Source of the DNA: Octopus bimaculoides
Lineage: Eukaryota
Assembly (NCBI RefSeq): GCF_001194135.2
Contig: NC_068984.1
Location: 11,086,556 to 11,150,555, forward strand
DNA length: 64,000 bases
Reading direction: 5' to 3'
The translations under genes were made by a program, and so were the position numbers. Numbering within the stretch: the stretch's first letter is position 1; every line of letters starts with the position of its first letter. This document shows, in pieces, positions 47,849 to 60,812 of the stretch. The notes beneath the pieces are model-generated. The model saw only the letters and a list, made by a program, of their open reading frames with translations. It ran no database searches and was not told the DNA's origin.

Positions 47849-48199
47849 GTGAACAGTGCACAAAACTATGCTTTAGTCTTCGTGAATACTACTGGACATC
47901 AAGCTTTAGTCTCCACAAATAGTGCATATTATACTTTAGTCCTCACAAATAGTTCACAGCATCATGTTTTAGTCCTCACAGATAGCACATACAAGTTACT
48001 TCGCACTTTCATGACCATAATTCTGGTATATCCACTATCTGTATATATGTTTAAATTAAGTTTTAAAACAACCAAGAATTTGGAGTTGTTTAGAAAAATA
48101 AATTTTTCCATTATTAAACTGTTGTTTAAAGAACATAACACGACAAAGTTTGAAAGCCTTACATTAAATATGAAGTCTAAAATAGGTTTTGTATCATAA
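47849..48199 (+). CDS. Candidate coding segment with 10-11 aa repeats
   Basis: 116-codon open frame; degenerate 33/30/33-bp tandem units keep the frame; acceptor-like tcctAG|GTG at 47848/9 and donor-like CTG|GTatat at 48025/6. Confidence 0.3.
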   Translation: MNSAQNYALVFVNTTGHQALVSTNSAYYTLVLTNSSQHHVLVLTDSTYKLLRTFMTIILVYPLSVYMFKLSFKTTKNLELFRKINFSIIKLLFKEHNTTKFESLTLNMKSKIGFVS

Positions 48200-48241
48200 A
48201 AACAGGCAGGGTTTCAGGTGGGTCACTATTAAAAGATTTAA

Positions 48242-48425
48242 CCTTTTAGCATATCTGGCCCATATATTCTACTTTTTTTATGTTCAAATGAGCCAGATCC
48301 AGCTTCTCACACCTACTCTGCAATGTCATTCTAAAAATCACATCTACAAGACAAAGCATGATTAATTGAAAACGATGTGAATAAATAAGTATTACATTTG
48401 ACTGAGTAATCTAAATGCTAAAGAG
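48242..48425. mobile_element. piggyBac-type MITE P2, internally deleted
   Basis: TTAA|CCTTTTAGcat ... aaatgctaaagag; collinear with 25573-25772. Confidence 0.75.
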
Positions 48426-48459
48426 TGTGTTGCTTTGTATTATTCATCATAGTCATCAT

Positions 48460-48650
48460 CATCATCATCGTTTAACGTCCACTTTCCATGCTAGCATGGG
48501 TTGGACGATTTGACTGAGGACTGGTGAACCAGATGGCTACGCCAGGCTCCAATCTGATTTGGCAGAGTTTCTACATCTAGATGCCCTTCCTAATGCCAAC
48601 CACTCCAAGAGTGTAGTGGGTGCTTTTACGTGCCACCGGCACGAAGGTCA
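48460..48650 (-). mobile_element. RTE-LINE 3' tail fragment
   Basis: catcatcatcgtttaacgtccactttccatgctagcatggg ... gtgccaccggcacgaagg. Confidence 0.85.
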
Positions 48651-48809
48651 GCTGATATTTGGCAATTTATGTTTGGTTACTGGAAGTTGTTCCATCTCAT
48701 GTTTGGTTGCTAAAAATGGTTTCGTGTTATGTCTGATGTTTGATATAGAAAGCTGCTCAATATTGTAATCATATGATACAGAAATTGAATAAAATATGTG
48801 TAATGATAG

Positions 48810-49010
48810 AGAAATTATATGAAATATAAGTATTGGTAAGGAATTATACAGAATATAGGCATTAAGACACTATATGAAATATAAGCATATATCATTTCAA
48901 TACTTATGAAATATATGTATAGCGAGAGTAACTGTATGAAATCTAAGCAATGATACAATAATTATATGAAATCTAAGAATTAAATCTGTAATTAATTATA
49001 TGAAATATTA
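48810..49010. repeat. Degenerate AT-rich minisatellite, core tatatgaaat(a/c)taag, about 30-bp period
   Basis: Core recurs about 7 times. Confidence 0.75.
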
Positions 49011-50057
49011 ATCTTGGTTTAATTCCATAAAATGAGTACGTGAACTGTGAGAATTATATGCAAGAGCACTGCGTAAATGTGTTTTAAATTTTTGTGTTGA
49101 TTACTTTCATTTGTGTGCTATAAACACATTGCCTGATGCCATGCAATAAATATCTTCACCTGTAACAGAAGCACAATTTCTCTTTCTCACCTTGCGGATG
49201 TGTTTACTTACGATATAAACGTGTGTGTGTGTGTGTGTGTGTGTGATATTTACTCAGTAGATAAATACTTGCTTTTTTTTCTCACCTACATGTCAGGTAT
49301 CTTCACCTGTGAAATAAACAGTCTGCCCCTCCGTTTGTCATCATTTTGTCAGTTTCTTATTTCAAGACCATGTAATTTTTTGAGAGAGAAAGAAAGAAAT
49401 TAAAGAAAGAGAGAGAGAAAGAAAGAAACAGACAGATTGAGTCTGCCTGTGCTTTTATGTTTTATTTCCATTTGGTGAAATTTAAAGCAAATTCACCTCT
49501 TCTCTAAGTTAAGACATTTGATAAGGAATCTTCTCTCTTCTCATTAAGATAAAGTAAAGACTGAATTAATTGGTCCTGGGTGTGTATATTATAGCTTTTC
49601 CACACACCTATCACTCTACCAAAAGATACAGATCAATAAATAACAGGTGCTGTAAAAAATATAAAACACCGAGAAAAAAAAGGTTATTTAGAACAGAAAG
49701 TTTTATTATTAGGACAGCAAGTGGCCAAGTCAGTGGTGTGCCAGACAATTACTGTCTTGTGTATCTTTAGGTTCTGTGTTCAAATCTTACCAGAATGGAG
49801 TTTGCTTTTCATCCTTGTGAGAATAGATATAAAAAAAAGGGAATCAGGCGCAGGAGTGGCTGTGTGGTAAGACGCTTGCTTCTCAACCTCATGGTTCCGG
49901 GTTCAGTCCCACTGCGTGGCACCTTGGAACCATGCTGCTGCTAGTAGTAGTAGTAGTAGTAGTAGTAACTATTTACCATGGAGAGAGTGGGTTAGATTTT
50001 TCTCTGCTAGAAAGACAATATACACTGTATTTGAGAATTCCTTTGCCTACATTCACA

Positions 50058-50091
<34 letters not shown>

Positions 50092-50493
50092 TACATACAT
50101 AGATGTGTGTGTGTGTGTGTGTGTGTGTGTTATATCATGTAAAAAGACAAATGATGGACAAGCAGCTATGGTATAAAATCACTTACAAAGATATTACATA
50201 AACGTAACTATGATTTAGAATAAAAGAGACAGACTTTGATATTTAAGAGTGTGTGTGTGTTAAGCATTCGTTTGTACCTATTTAGTCTCCGTTATTAGAG
50301 AGCAACAGGAACAACATCAGACAAGCAAAGTTTACATTATCAGATCCTCTTCTACCTACACCTTACTATTTACTGCCTCCTCAACTCACGGGATCACTTG
50401 AATGGTTCTTACTGCCACACCTCTCATTTCCACTTTCTTTTTTCCTCTACACCTGGTAAGTTTTGCTTTATGCTTCTGTTTACTTGATTTCTC

Positions 50494-50537
<44 letters not shown>

Positions 50538-50821
50538 TGGTCTTAGAACAGATAGATACTGTGGCTTTGCTGGAGACTAAATGAGTTGATGACAAGAGGG
50601 TCACTCTGCCATAAAGTCATGCCTCAGAAGAACTGTTCAACTCATGCCAATGACCTCATGCTTTTCTCAGCGGTCAGCTTTGTCAGACAAGTCAATGACT
50701 GCTGAAACTTCAAAGTCACTATCAGACTTTTCCATATAAATATGTGTGTACATACATGTAAGTGTAAATATATCTGACTGTGTTTATAATATATGTTTGT
50801 ACACACACACACACACACACA

Positions 50822-50860
<39 letters not shown>

Positions 50861-52260
50861 TAATGCTAAAGTTATTTTGAAGCAAGTTTAAGAATAATGG
50901 TGAAAATATTTATTTTAGTATCATTTGATATATATATTTATATACTTGTGTGTATATATATATATTTATATGTGTGTGTCTGTTTGTCTGTGTACATATA
51001 TGTATATATGTGTGTGTAAGTATGTATGGACTTTGGCCAGGATGCGAGCAACTTAGCCTCTAAAATATGTGTAAAGAATGACTTAACAGACTACAGAACT
51101 CAAATGAAATATGAAGCAGAGCAAACTGATTCTGTTCATGCGTTTGAAGTTTTCAGAAACAAAATGACATCCTATTCACGATCACTTTATACTTTAAACT
51201 GCTTGTTTCTGCAATTGAACTGAATCTGTGAAATGCCAAAGTAAGATGTTTTAATCTGACTCTTACCCTGCTTCACTGATCTGATTTCATGTGAGTTGAC
51301 ATTATCTTTCACCCTGGTAAAGTCGATAGTATAAATACCAGTAATACACTGGGCCAATCTAATCAGCTACATTTTATCCCTCCAAGACAATTTGACCGTA
51401 TTTTTTATCAATATTCTTAGACGTGTCCTGAATTTAGCTTCTACCTACTGTCTTTCCTGTATTATTATTAATAATGCTCTTAACATTCTTTCGTCTTTAA
51501 TAAGAATTTCCTCTACAGGTACAAAGTCAGAAATTTGTAGGGAACAGAGTTAATTAGACTCAGTTCTTAGACTGATTATTCATTTTATCAAACTCTGAAG
51601 GCTATAAGACAAACCTAAATTTGGCTGGACTTGAACTCAGAACTGTAAGATAGTTTGGCCAATGGTCTAACAATTTTGTCAGTCCACTCAATAAAATAAA
51701 AACATAAAATAATTGGTGCCAGTCAAGCAGTGAGGTCAATTTAACCAAGTTATACAGGCTGTGTACCATCATTATCATTAATGTTTTATGTCCACTTTCC
51801 ATGTTGACATGGGATGGATGGTTTGTCATGGTTGGAGTCAGCACATATTTGGTGGTACTATCCATCTAGATGGGTCTGGGAACCTTATCCCATTCACATT
51901 CCATTTTTGGCATGGTTTCTATGGCTGGATGCCCTTCCTAACACCAACCAATTTACAGAATGTACTGGGCACCATTTCATGGCACCAGCACAAGAGAGAT
52001 ATTACGTCCTCAACAAGAAGACAAGACTACCAAGTAAAGCTGGATGCATTATCATGGCACCAGCTCTAGTGAGGTAGCCACATCCTTGACACAGCTCAGT
52101 TGGTAAATCTAGCACATCTTTCATTTTACAGATGTGGATTCCATTTCCATAGGAAGCTTTTAACTTTTCCTATCCACAGGTATTTTTTAAACCAATCTTC
52201 TATAAGCTGTCATTTATAGCTTTTTCTACTTCAAGTTCCACTGTTAAAAAAATTGACTTA

Positions 52261-52399
52261 AAGAAACTTGCTTCCCAGCCACATGATTCTAAGTTTAGTC
52301 CCACTGCATGGCACATTGGGCAAGTGTCTTCTACTATAGCCATGGGCTGACCAAAGCCTTGTGTGTAGATTTGGTAGATGGAAACTGAAAGAAGCACCT

Positions 52400-52465
<66 letters not shown>

Positions 52466-52670
52466 TGTCTTTGTGTCTGTGATTGATCCCCACCACCGCT
52501 TGACAACCGGTGTTGGTGTGTTTACATCCATGTAATATTAGCAGTTCAACAAAAGAGACCAATCGCCTAAGTATCATGCTTAAAAGAAAAAGTACTGGGG
52601 TCGATTCATTCAGCCTAAAAAATTCTTCAAGGCAGTGCCCCAGTATGGCCACGGCCTGATAAAAGACAAA
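52261..52670 (+). mobile_element. SINE family A
   Basis: Collinear with the reference; internal (CA)n. Confidence 0.85.
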
Positions 52671-55201
52671 ACAGAAAGCACCTTTTAATAACCATTATGT
52701 CTCTGATATTTCTTTGGACTAGATTCAGGGAAGATGTGATAAAAGGAAGCAAGTACTTCCATTTGTTAACATTATCAGTCTTTAAATTCATTACAGCCTG
52801 CCTATATTATATTGGTTGGTGCTACTATTTATATAGGATGTTTCCTTCAGAAGGAAATAGTCTTGTAGCAGGGTTTTATTATCATTTATGTAAGTCACCT
52901 GAAGATGAAGAGGCAGATGTGAAGAAGAGAGATCTCTTATTTTTTTTTTCCTAAGGTAAAGAAAGTTTTCTAACTTTGTGCCTCCCCATACTATTTCAGA
53001 CTTCACTGGCACTGTATTCCCTATCTTCTCTCTGCTCTGCTCTGGGGAGAAGAGATGTTTTGTTTTAAGCTTTACTTATGTGTCTTGTTTTTACAAGTTC
53101 ATGTGTTTGCGTATGTGTATGTATGAAAAGAAACCAGAGCAAAATTTGTCTGCGTGTGTGTGTGTGTGTGTTCATGCATGTGTTTGTGGCATGTGCCGGC
53201 TTATTTTATTTGTTTGAATGTTTGTCTTTTGTGTATACCAATTGCTTTTACAAATTATGTTCTTTTTAGATGTATGTGTGGGAATACATGTGGCAGTTGT
53301 TTTCATAAGTTTTTGATGTATGTATAGGTAAACTGCTTTTATAAATTGTGTGTGTGTGTGTCTCTCTCTCTGACTCTGTGTATGTGTGTGTCTGACTCTG
53401 AGTGTGTGTGTGTCTGACTGTGTATGTGTGTGTGTACATAGTAATGGTGTTTTATCAGAAAGACTTACATTTACCTCCAACAAATTTTTTACAGTATCAA
53501 ATTATTTATTCTTCAGCTTGAAAATATTTTAGTCGATAGTTTTAAAAATATTCCCACCCTGCATCATTTTTCTTCATCCATCCCATTCCTCTTTCTTTCT
53601 CTTCTCCTTCCCAACATTTCCCCTTCCTACCTACAAGTAATGATGTCCAGAGAGACATTTCCGTAGGTGTGTTCATAGACCTGCATATGCGTATGTGTAT
53701 GTGTGCAATAGGTGTGTTTCTAAGATTGTATGTACATGTGGTAGGTCTGGGGTTCCTTTCACATATCCTGTTTGTAGCAACTGCATTATCATTCATCAAC
53801 TGGAGTAGGATGCAAGGAAAAAATCTAGGCACCCTTTTTACTGCCTGAGAAGAGTTTGCTACCATCGTTTCCCACCAAGTGGAGGTTAGCTTGACTTGAG
53901 AAAATGGCCGGGTATTTTTTGTGGTGAGCCTCATTATCTTTTTCTTTTACCTTTTTTTTTTCTTTTTTGACCATTTGTCTTCCATAAATGACTCCATGTT
54001 GTTTTCTACCAATCTCTACCAATTTCTACCAGACAGTCTTAAACATTTGATGAGTCTGTTGATATTAGAAATTCTTAAAGTGGTTGGACACTGGCATGAC
54101 ATGCAGCCCACTCCTTGCCTTAAATCCTTAGGAAAATGTGAAATCATTTCTGAAGACTGTCATAACTTATATACAAGGTGGACCAAGCCAGTTTTGTCTG
54201 TAATACAGAACAGCATCAATAATGACATGAGATAAAGCAGTGAATATTTAGTCAATAGTCTGACATTTTATATACTTAGCTATCATTGGGTCTAATCTAT
54301 TTCTGTTCTTCAAGTTAAAAGAATGGTTCATATCACTCTGTTCCGGGTTCAAATAAAAGAATATATGAGTGTGTGTGTGTGTATCTGTGTTTGTCCCTCG
54401 CCACTGCATGACAACTGGTGTTGGTTTCTTTACCTCCCTGTTACTTAGCAGTTCAGCAAAAGAGACCGATAGAATAAGTACCAAGTTTTCAAAAAAAAAA
54501 GTTTGGGGGTTTAATTCATCTGACTGAAAATTCTTGAAGGCAGTGCCCCAGCATGACCATAGTCTGAAACAAGTAAAAGTTAAAAGATAAACACAATGAG
54601 GTGGCAAGTTGGCAGAGTCATTAGCACATCGGACCAAATGCTTAGCAATGGATCTTTCAACTCTTCAGTTCTGAGTTCAAATCCTGCTGAGATCAACTTT
54701 GTCTTTCATCCTTTCAGGGTCGATAAAATAAAACACTTGTCATGTACTAGGGTTGATGTAACTGACTTGTCCCCTCCCTTCAAAAATTGGTGTCCTTGAA
54801 CCCTAACGCTGTGAAGGACCAGCACCCCATTCAGAAGAAAATTACAATCTCAGTCACTTAGATACCGTGGAAGCTTGGTATCCAGCTTTATGGGTCCTTG
54901 AGCTGCATCCAGTGGCATTGATTCCAATCAACTCTATTCCTCCTCTACTAATTTCTGGTCTTGTACCAACCATTGTTAATATATCCTTGTTACCATTTTT
55001 GATGCATAAATTACAAGCAAGATCAGTTCTGGGCTGAATTTTAACTTCCAATCAAATTCAATCTATTTAGATCATAATGTCATTGGAGAATGGCAAACAT
55101 GCCATTCAATCCCATCATTCTCTCCTCTATAATTCTGAAGACTTGTGTCTTTTGTAAGAAACCATCATTATTAATCCTTTCAAATAAGTATCCCATTCAT
55201 G

Positions 55202-55481
55202 TCATTTGATTCGACATGTTCTGTTTTCTGCTAATTGAATTAAGAGTCTGGTATCAGTTATTGGAAATTTCTTCCTTTGTTTAATACTTATTGTTTTGGT
55301 GTATTCTTCAGGATCTTTTGAATGTTTGTTCCAATATTTAATTTGGAAAACCAACTGATACAACTTGTTGTGATAGTGGATTAAATTTTGTTGTTTTTCC
55401 TGAATTCCCATATAGAATTCCATTATTTTTCAAAGCTAACTTATATACATATGATTTCTGAGATGTACGACATACATTATG
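55202..55481 (-). pseudogene. Possible Penelope-like GIY-YIG endonuclease remnant
   Basis: C..SYVYKLALKNN / EFYMG then a terminal LL...E...CR.K pattern across a frameshift; highly degenerate. Confidence 0.35.
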
Positions 55482-55971
55482 TTCGTGATAAATTACATAT
55501 GTATGTATATATGTGTGTGTATCATCATCATCATTTAACATCCGCCTTCCATGCTGGCATGGGTTGCACATGTGTGTGTGTGTGTATAGTATTTTGTAAG
55601 TAGTTAAGTAAACATTTATGAGTTCCTTAGGTCCTGTAGTGTGGTTAATGGTTAGTAAGAATTAAGGATGGTAAATTTGTCGGATGCAGTTAGGCACGAG
55701 TTTGGAAATGGTTGTGGTACAATGTGTGAGTATGCAGAGAATTATATATTTCATCATATATATGCCTACATAATCACACACACACACACACACACGCATG
55801 TATGTGTATAGCTTTCACATCAAGAATCATGCAAACCAAATTCAAAAAGCGAGATAAATATGCATGCATAACATGCATGCATATTTGTGTGTGCATGCTT
55901 GTGCATGTGTGTGATGCATATTTAAAGCTATTCAATTGCTTTGAAAGTCTGGTTTCAGCTACGTACTTGTT

Positions 55972-56075
<104 letters not shown>

Positions 56076-56602
56076 TATCATCCATCTCACCTGTCTCCAG
56101 TGTTAAAAGCTTTGTATTAAAATAAAATATTAAAAAATTCATGAAAAAGGAAACAAAAAGAAATAAACAAAACCAGAACAAATAAATAAAAAGCACAAAC
56201 AAACAAAACCTAGCCAAAACATTCTGCTAGACATATGTATGTGGTATAGCTTTAATTTGGGAGGGAAACATCTCCGAACATCTCCGCAGTAAATAGCAAA
56301 TAAAGTGAAATGGCTTTTATTGATATCTTAGAATACTTTCCTGGGAATAGGATTTATTTACTCAAAGATTTACCATTAGAAAAACAAAAAGACAAAATAA
56401 AACCAGGAAAATAAAGATAATAGCAAAATAATGTTTTTTTAGTTCAGTTTTGCATGAATTTTTAACAATATTATTCCATGTAAGTAGTTTGGTGCATTTC
56501 ATCTTTTATCCTATACTTGTTGTACTTGATCTTTTATCCTATACTACGGCCATGCTGGGGCACCACCTTGAAGAGTTTAGGGAAACAAATTGCTCCCTGT
56601 AC

Positions 56603-56802
56603 TTTTTTACTTGTTTCAGTCATTTGACTGTGGCCATGCTGGAACACCGCCTTTAGTCGAGCAAATCGACCCCAGGACTTATTCTTTGTAAACCTAGTAC
56701 TTATTCTATCAGTCTCTTTTGCTGAACCACTAAGTCACGGGGACGTAAACATACCACCATCGGTTGTCAAGCAATGGTGGGGGGACAAACACAGACACAC
56801 AA

Positions 56803-56853
<51 letters not shown>

Positions 56854-57000
56854 AAGCTTCCACACAGTCTACCAGATTAACTCATAACGCATTAGTTGAA
56901 CTGGGTCTATAGTAGAAGACACTTACCCAAAGTGCTATGCTGTGGGGTGGGACTGAACCCACAACCAAGTGGTCACAAAACAAGCTTCTTAACCATGCTA
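56603..57000 (-). mobile_element. SINE family A, with an extra tail fragment at about 56535-56580
   Basis: Reverse complement collinear with the reference. Confidence 0.85.
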
Positions 57001-57500
57001 TGGTATGATGGACGTTTACAGTGTTTGTTTTTTTCCTCTTTTTTAATTTTTGCTTTTTTTTTTTTTTCATTTCCATTTACTTCCATGTTCCCTGACACAA
57101 CCAGTTAACACAACATTTGACTTATTTATTGAACAGTGTATTTTCAATCAATAATTTCGTTCTGTTTTTATCTTCTACATCATAGAACTTTTCAGTTTCT
57201 GAATATCTTCTAATCTGTATTTATAAAACAACAACAACAACAACAAAAAAGCTACTTCAATCAATGTAAACCCACCACCACCACCACGGTAGTTTTCTGG
57301 ATAAACACTTCTAACCTGATTCTTTATTGTTATTTCTCTCTCTCTCTCTCTCTCTCTNNNNNNNNNNNNNNNNNNNNNNNNNNNNNNNNNNNNNNNNNNN
57401 NNNNNNNNNNNNNNNNNNNNNNNNNNNNNNNNNNNNNNNNNNNNNNNNNNNNNNNNNNNNNNNNNNNNNNNNNNNNNNNNNNNNNNNNNNNNNNNNNNNN

Positions 57501-57551
<51 letters not shown>

Positions 57552-57826
57552 TTCCTTATCCAGCTCTCTTTCTCTCTATTTATCTATCTATCTATCTATC
57601 TCCTTTCTTATCCATCTCTCTCTCTGTTTCTCTCTCTCTATTTATATATCTATCTATCTCTCTTATCCATCTCTCTCTCTTATCCATCTCTCTCTCTCTT
57701 ATCCATCTCTCTCTCTCTTTCCCGCTCTCTCCAATCATCAAGGAAAAGACCTCAGATGTGGCAGATAAGACATCTGAGAATTAGTATTCTCCAAATGTGT
57801 AATTCACTCCCTCTTCCTCCTCCTCC

Positions 57827-57870
<44 letters not shown>
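57501..57870. repeat. Compound (TA)n/(TCTA)n/(CT)n tract
   Basis: Includes repeated cttatccatctctctctct units. Confidence 0.9.
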
Positions 57871-59303
57871 GCCACACACTCACACAATCATTCTTATCTA
57901 TCTATTTATGTATCTACCTTATCTGTACAGCAAACGCAATATTACTTTTGGTGCCATTGCAGGAAAGGTAATGGAGAAGGTTGTCTGTCAGTAACATCAT
58001 AAATACTTTAGTCTTCCCACCAATGAGATTCATGTTGTGTGACATTAAAAAAGAACTTAACATCAACTGCCATTATTAAATACTATCATTTTAATGTTAG
58101 ACTAAACCGCCTTCATCTTCAAGCCATAAACTAACTCTTCATTTAATGAATTAGAATCTGGTGATCCGTGAATGTAACTCCAATCAGCTTTGAGGCTTGT
58201 CAAGGACATGACAACCTCTCTAATGCTGGTGCCATGAAAGATGCACTGAGAACACTTTGGAAAATTATTGGTGATAGGAAGGGCATCCAGCTATGGAAAC
58301 TCTGCCAGAAATAAATGAATATTTTTTTTAAATGCACAAGAAAGATATGGTTCCCCGAAACATCTAAGTGCTGATAACCTAGCCAACCCATACTAGCATG
58401 GAAAGCAACTTATAAAATGTTGATAATGGTGTGGTGATGATGATGAATGATGAGGATGATGACTGACTTAATTAAATTTGAATAAATCATGGAAGTTTCT
58501 ACTGTTTTGATTAGCCTTTATTACCTAAATTCATCATCACCATCACCATTATCATCATCACCACCATCAGCAGCAGCAGCAGCATAGTAATCATCTTCAT
58601 CACCCTCTTCACTATCACCACCACCACCACCACCATCATCATCATCATTGTTTTTATGTCTACTTTTCCTTGCTGGCATTTTTGGGTGGGACTTTTTGTG
58701 GTAACATTTTACAATTGGACGCTCTTCCTGATGCCAACCTGCAGTCACTTCTTACAACATACAGAACGGCAGTGTACCTATTCTAAACGCGACAAATATA
58801 CAAAGTATAAATTAGATTCGATAAAAATCAAATGAAATTTGATGTAAAAATTTTTTATCTCATATTTCTTGGTCAAATTTAGCCTCACCACTACAAAAAA
58901 TTCTTTTAAGTGTTGAAACTGCATCATGAATCATAAAATAATATTTCCAAAATAGAATAATCAGATATTTAAAAACTAAACAATGATTGCTTTTATCTAG
59001 TTGGTATGTTAATAGGTGATCAGATCAATAATTAATGGTAATTAATTCTCTGCAATACCATAAGCACAACTGAGCCATAATTAACTGAGGATTTTCAATA
59101 ACTGAATTTTAATTATAATTAATGTAAATGACAGATTGCAAATGAGTTGAGGATGTGTCTGTCTGGACATGTAAGAGATCATCAGCTGGTGTAAACAACA
59201 GAGATAGTAACAATGATATTGATGTATGGTGTTAATGGAATATAGATAGGTCGATTGAGCAAGTATTGTGAATGGAAAATATACAGGACCCGCCATCATC
59301 ATC

Positions 59304-59532
59304 AATGATCTCATCTTTGTGGATGGAGATTTTAATGGGCACGTCGGACAGCAACCTGATATCTTCCATGGTGTACATGGGGGCCATGGAATTGGTACCA
59401 GCAATGAAGAGGGAACTAGGCTCCTGGAGTTCTGCAATGCAAATAACCTATTGATCTGCAACACCAACTTCAGGAAGCTAGCTAGCCACATGATAACCTA
59501 TGAATAAGGTGACTCTACTAGCCAGATAGTAG
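59304..59532 (+). pseudogene. RTE-clade APE-like endonuclease fragment
   Basis: GDFNGHVG...HGGHGIGTSNEEGTRLLEFC...LLICNTNFRK...HMITY.*G...SQI matches the RTE endonuclease pattern. Confidence 0.88.
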
Positions 59533-59934
59533 AATGATAACTAAGTATTTTACTAAATGATTTGTAAAATTTAAAGTAAATGAAAGAAACACTGAGCATC
59601 TCAAAATAAATACAGTTATGAAAGGGTTAAAGAAAGGTTAGATCTAAGAACATCAGGCTTTGAGCTTTACTGATACAATATAAAAACAAATAGAGATAGG
59701 TTCTTCTTGTAATAGCATACAATTCCATGGTTTCGAGTTTAATCCAGCCTTGGCACCTTTGGAGATCTCTTTTACCATAACTGGTTATTAAACCAAACCT
59801 TCTCTGAGTGAAGTGGAATAAATTGGAAACTATGGAAGCCTGATGGATGGACATTACCGTTTTGCTTTTTGAGTGGCACAATTAATTGTTTGGTTGACTA
59901 CCACTACTTTGCAGAGTCTACACTGTTCCTCATC

Positions 59935-60180
59935 ACCATCATCAGCAATGTCTCAGCATCCATTTCTCCATGCTTGCATAGTTCAGGCAGAATTTGTTGA
60001 GGTAGATTTCCTACAGCTGGATGCCCTTCCTGTCACCAACCTTTTATTTCCAAATTAGGTAATATTTCCCCATGACAAGATATATTTTTCATGGAAGACT
60101 AGAAATGAGCAACAGTGTCTGTATGATGTTGATGCTTTTTTACAAGTGTCACACTTTGACAAACCAAGGAAGCACAAACA

Positions 60181-60270
<90 letters not shown>

Positions 60271-60435
60271 TGAAAAGGCTTCCATACAGTTTCCATCTGC
60301 CAGATTCGCTCACAAGGCATAGGTCAGCCCTTGACTATATTAGAAGACACTTACCCAAGGTGCCACACACTGGGATTGAACCCAAAACCACACGTTTGCA
60401 AAACAAGTTTCTTAACCACACAACCATTCCTGCAC
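59935..60435 (-). mobile_element. SINE family D, full length, internal (TG)n
   Basis: Family-A head 60270-60435; body and RTE-like tail collinear with 32785-33190. Confidence 0.8.
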
Positions 60436-60562
60436 CTATGCTGCAGTTTGTTGCATTAATGTGTCGATTTTATTCTGCATGTTTCTTGCTCCTCTCTCAA
60501 CGCAGCCTGCACCCTATTTCAGCATGCAACAGACAATCCGTTCTGTGACATTTTGCAGAGTG

Positions 60563-60812
60563 TTATTTTTAACTTATGGCAATAATCTCACTGTACAGCA
60601 TACTGCAGTGGCTTCAATGTGCAGCATCCTGCACAGGTTTTGATATGCAACACTCTTCATTTTTACCTGCCAATCAACAAAGTTACCTTATTTTTAACTT
60701 ATGGCAGCAACCTCATTATATAGCACACTGAAGAGGCTTCAATGTGCAGTGCTCTGTGCAGGCTTTGATATGCAACATTCTGCATATTTACCCGCCAATT
60801 AACAAGGTTACC
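60563..60812. repeat. Tandem duplication, 2 x 125 bp
   Basis: Units 60563-60687 and 60688-60812; I count 22 substitutions and no indels (about 82% identity). Confidence 0.92.

Noticed and set aside
52895-52930. CTGAAGA motif as another hammerhead (also CTGATGA at about 14598 and CTGAAGA at about 19299)
   Set aside because: No stem II closed by GAAA and no UH site or stem I.
53542-54022. Overlapping minus-strand ORFs of 130 and 65 aa
   Set aside because: No recognisable motif, no convincing splice sites, partly low-complexity; a 10-bp triple repeat at about 54001-54030 is noted but unexplained.
57760-57788. 9-bp perfect inverted repeat ctcagatgt / acatctgag
   Set aside because: Too short to exceed chance in 64 kb.
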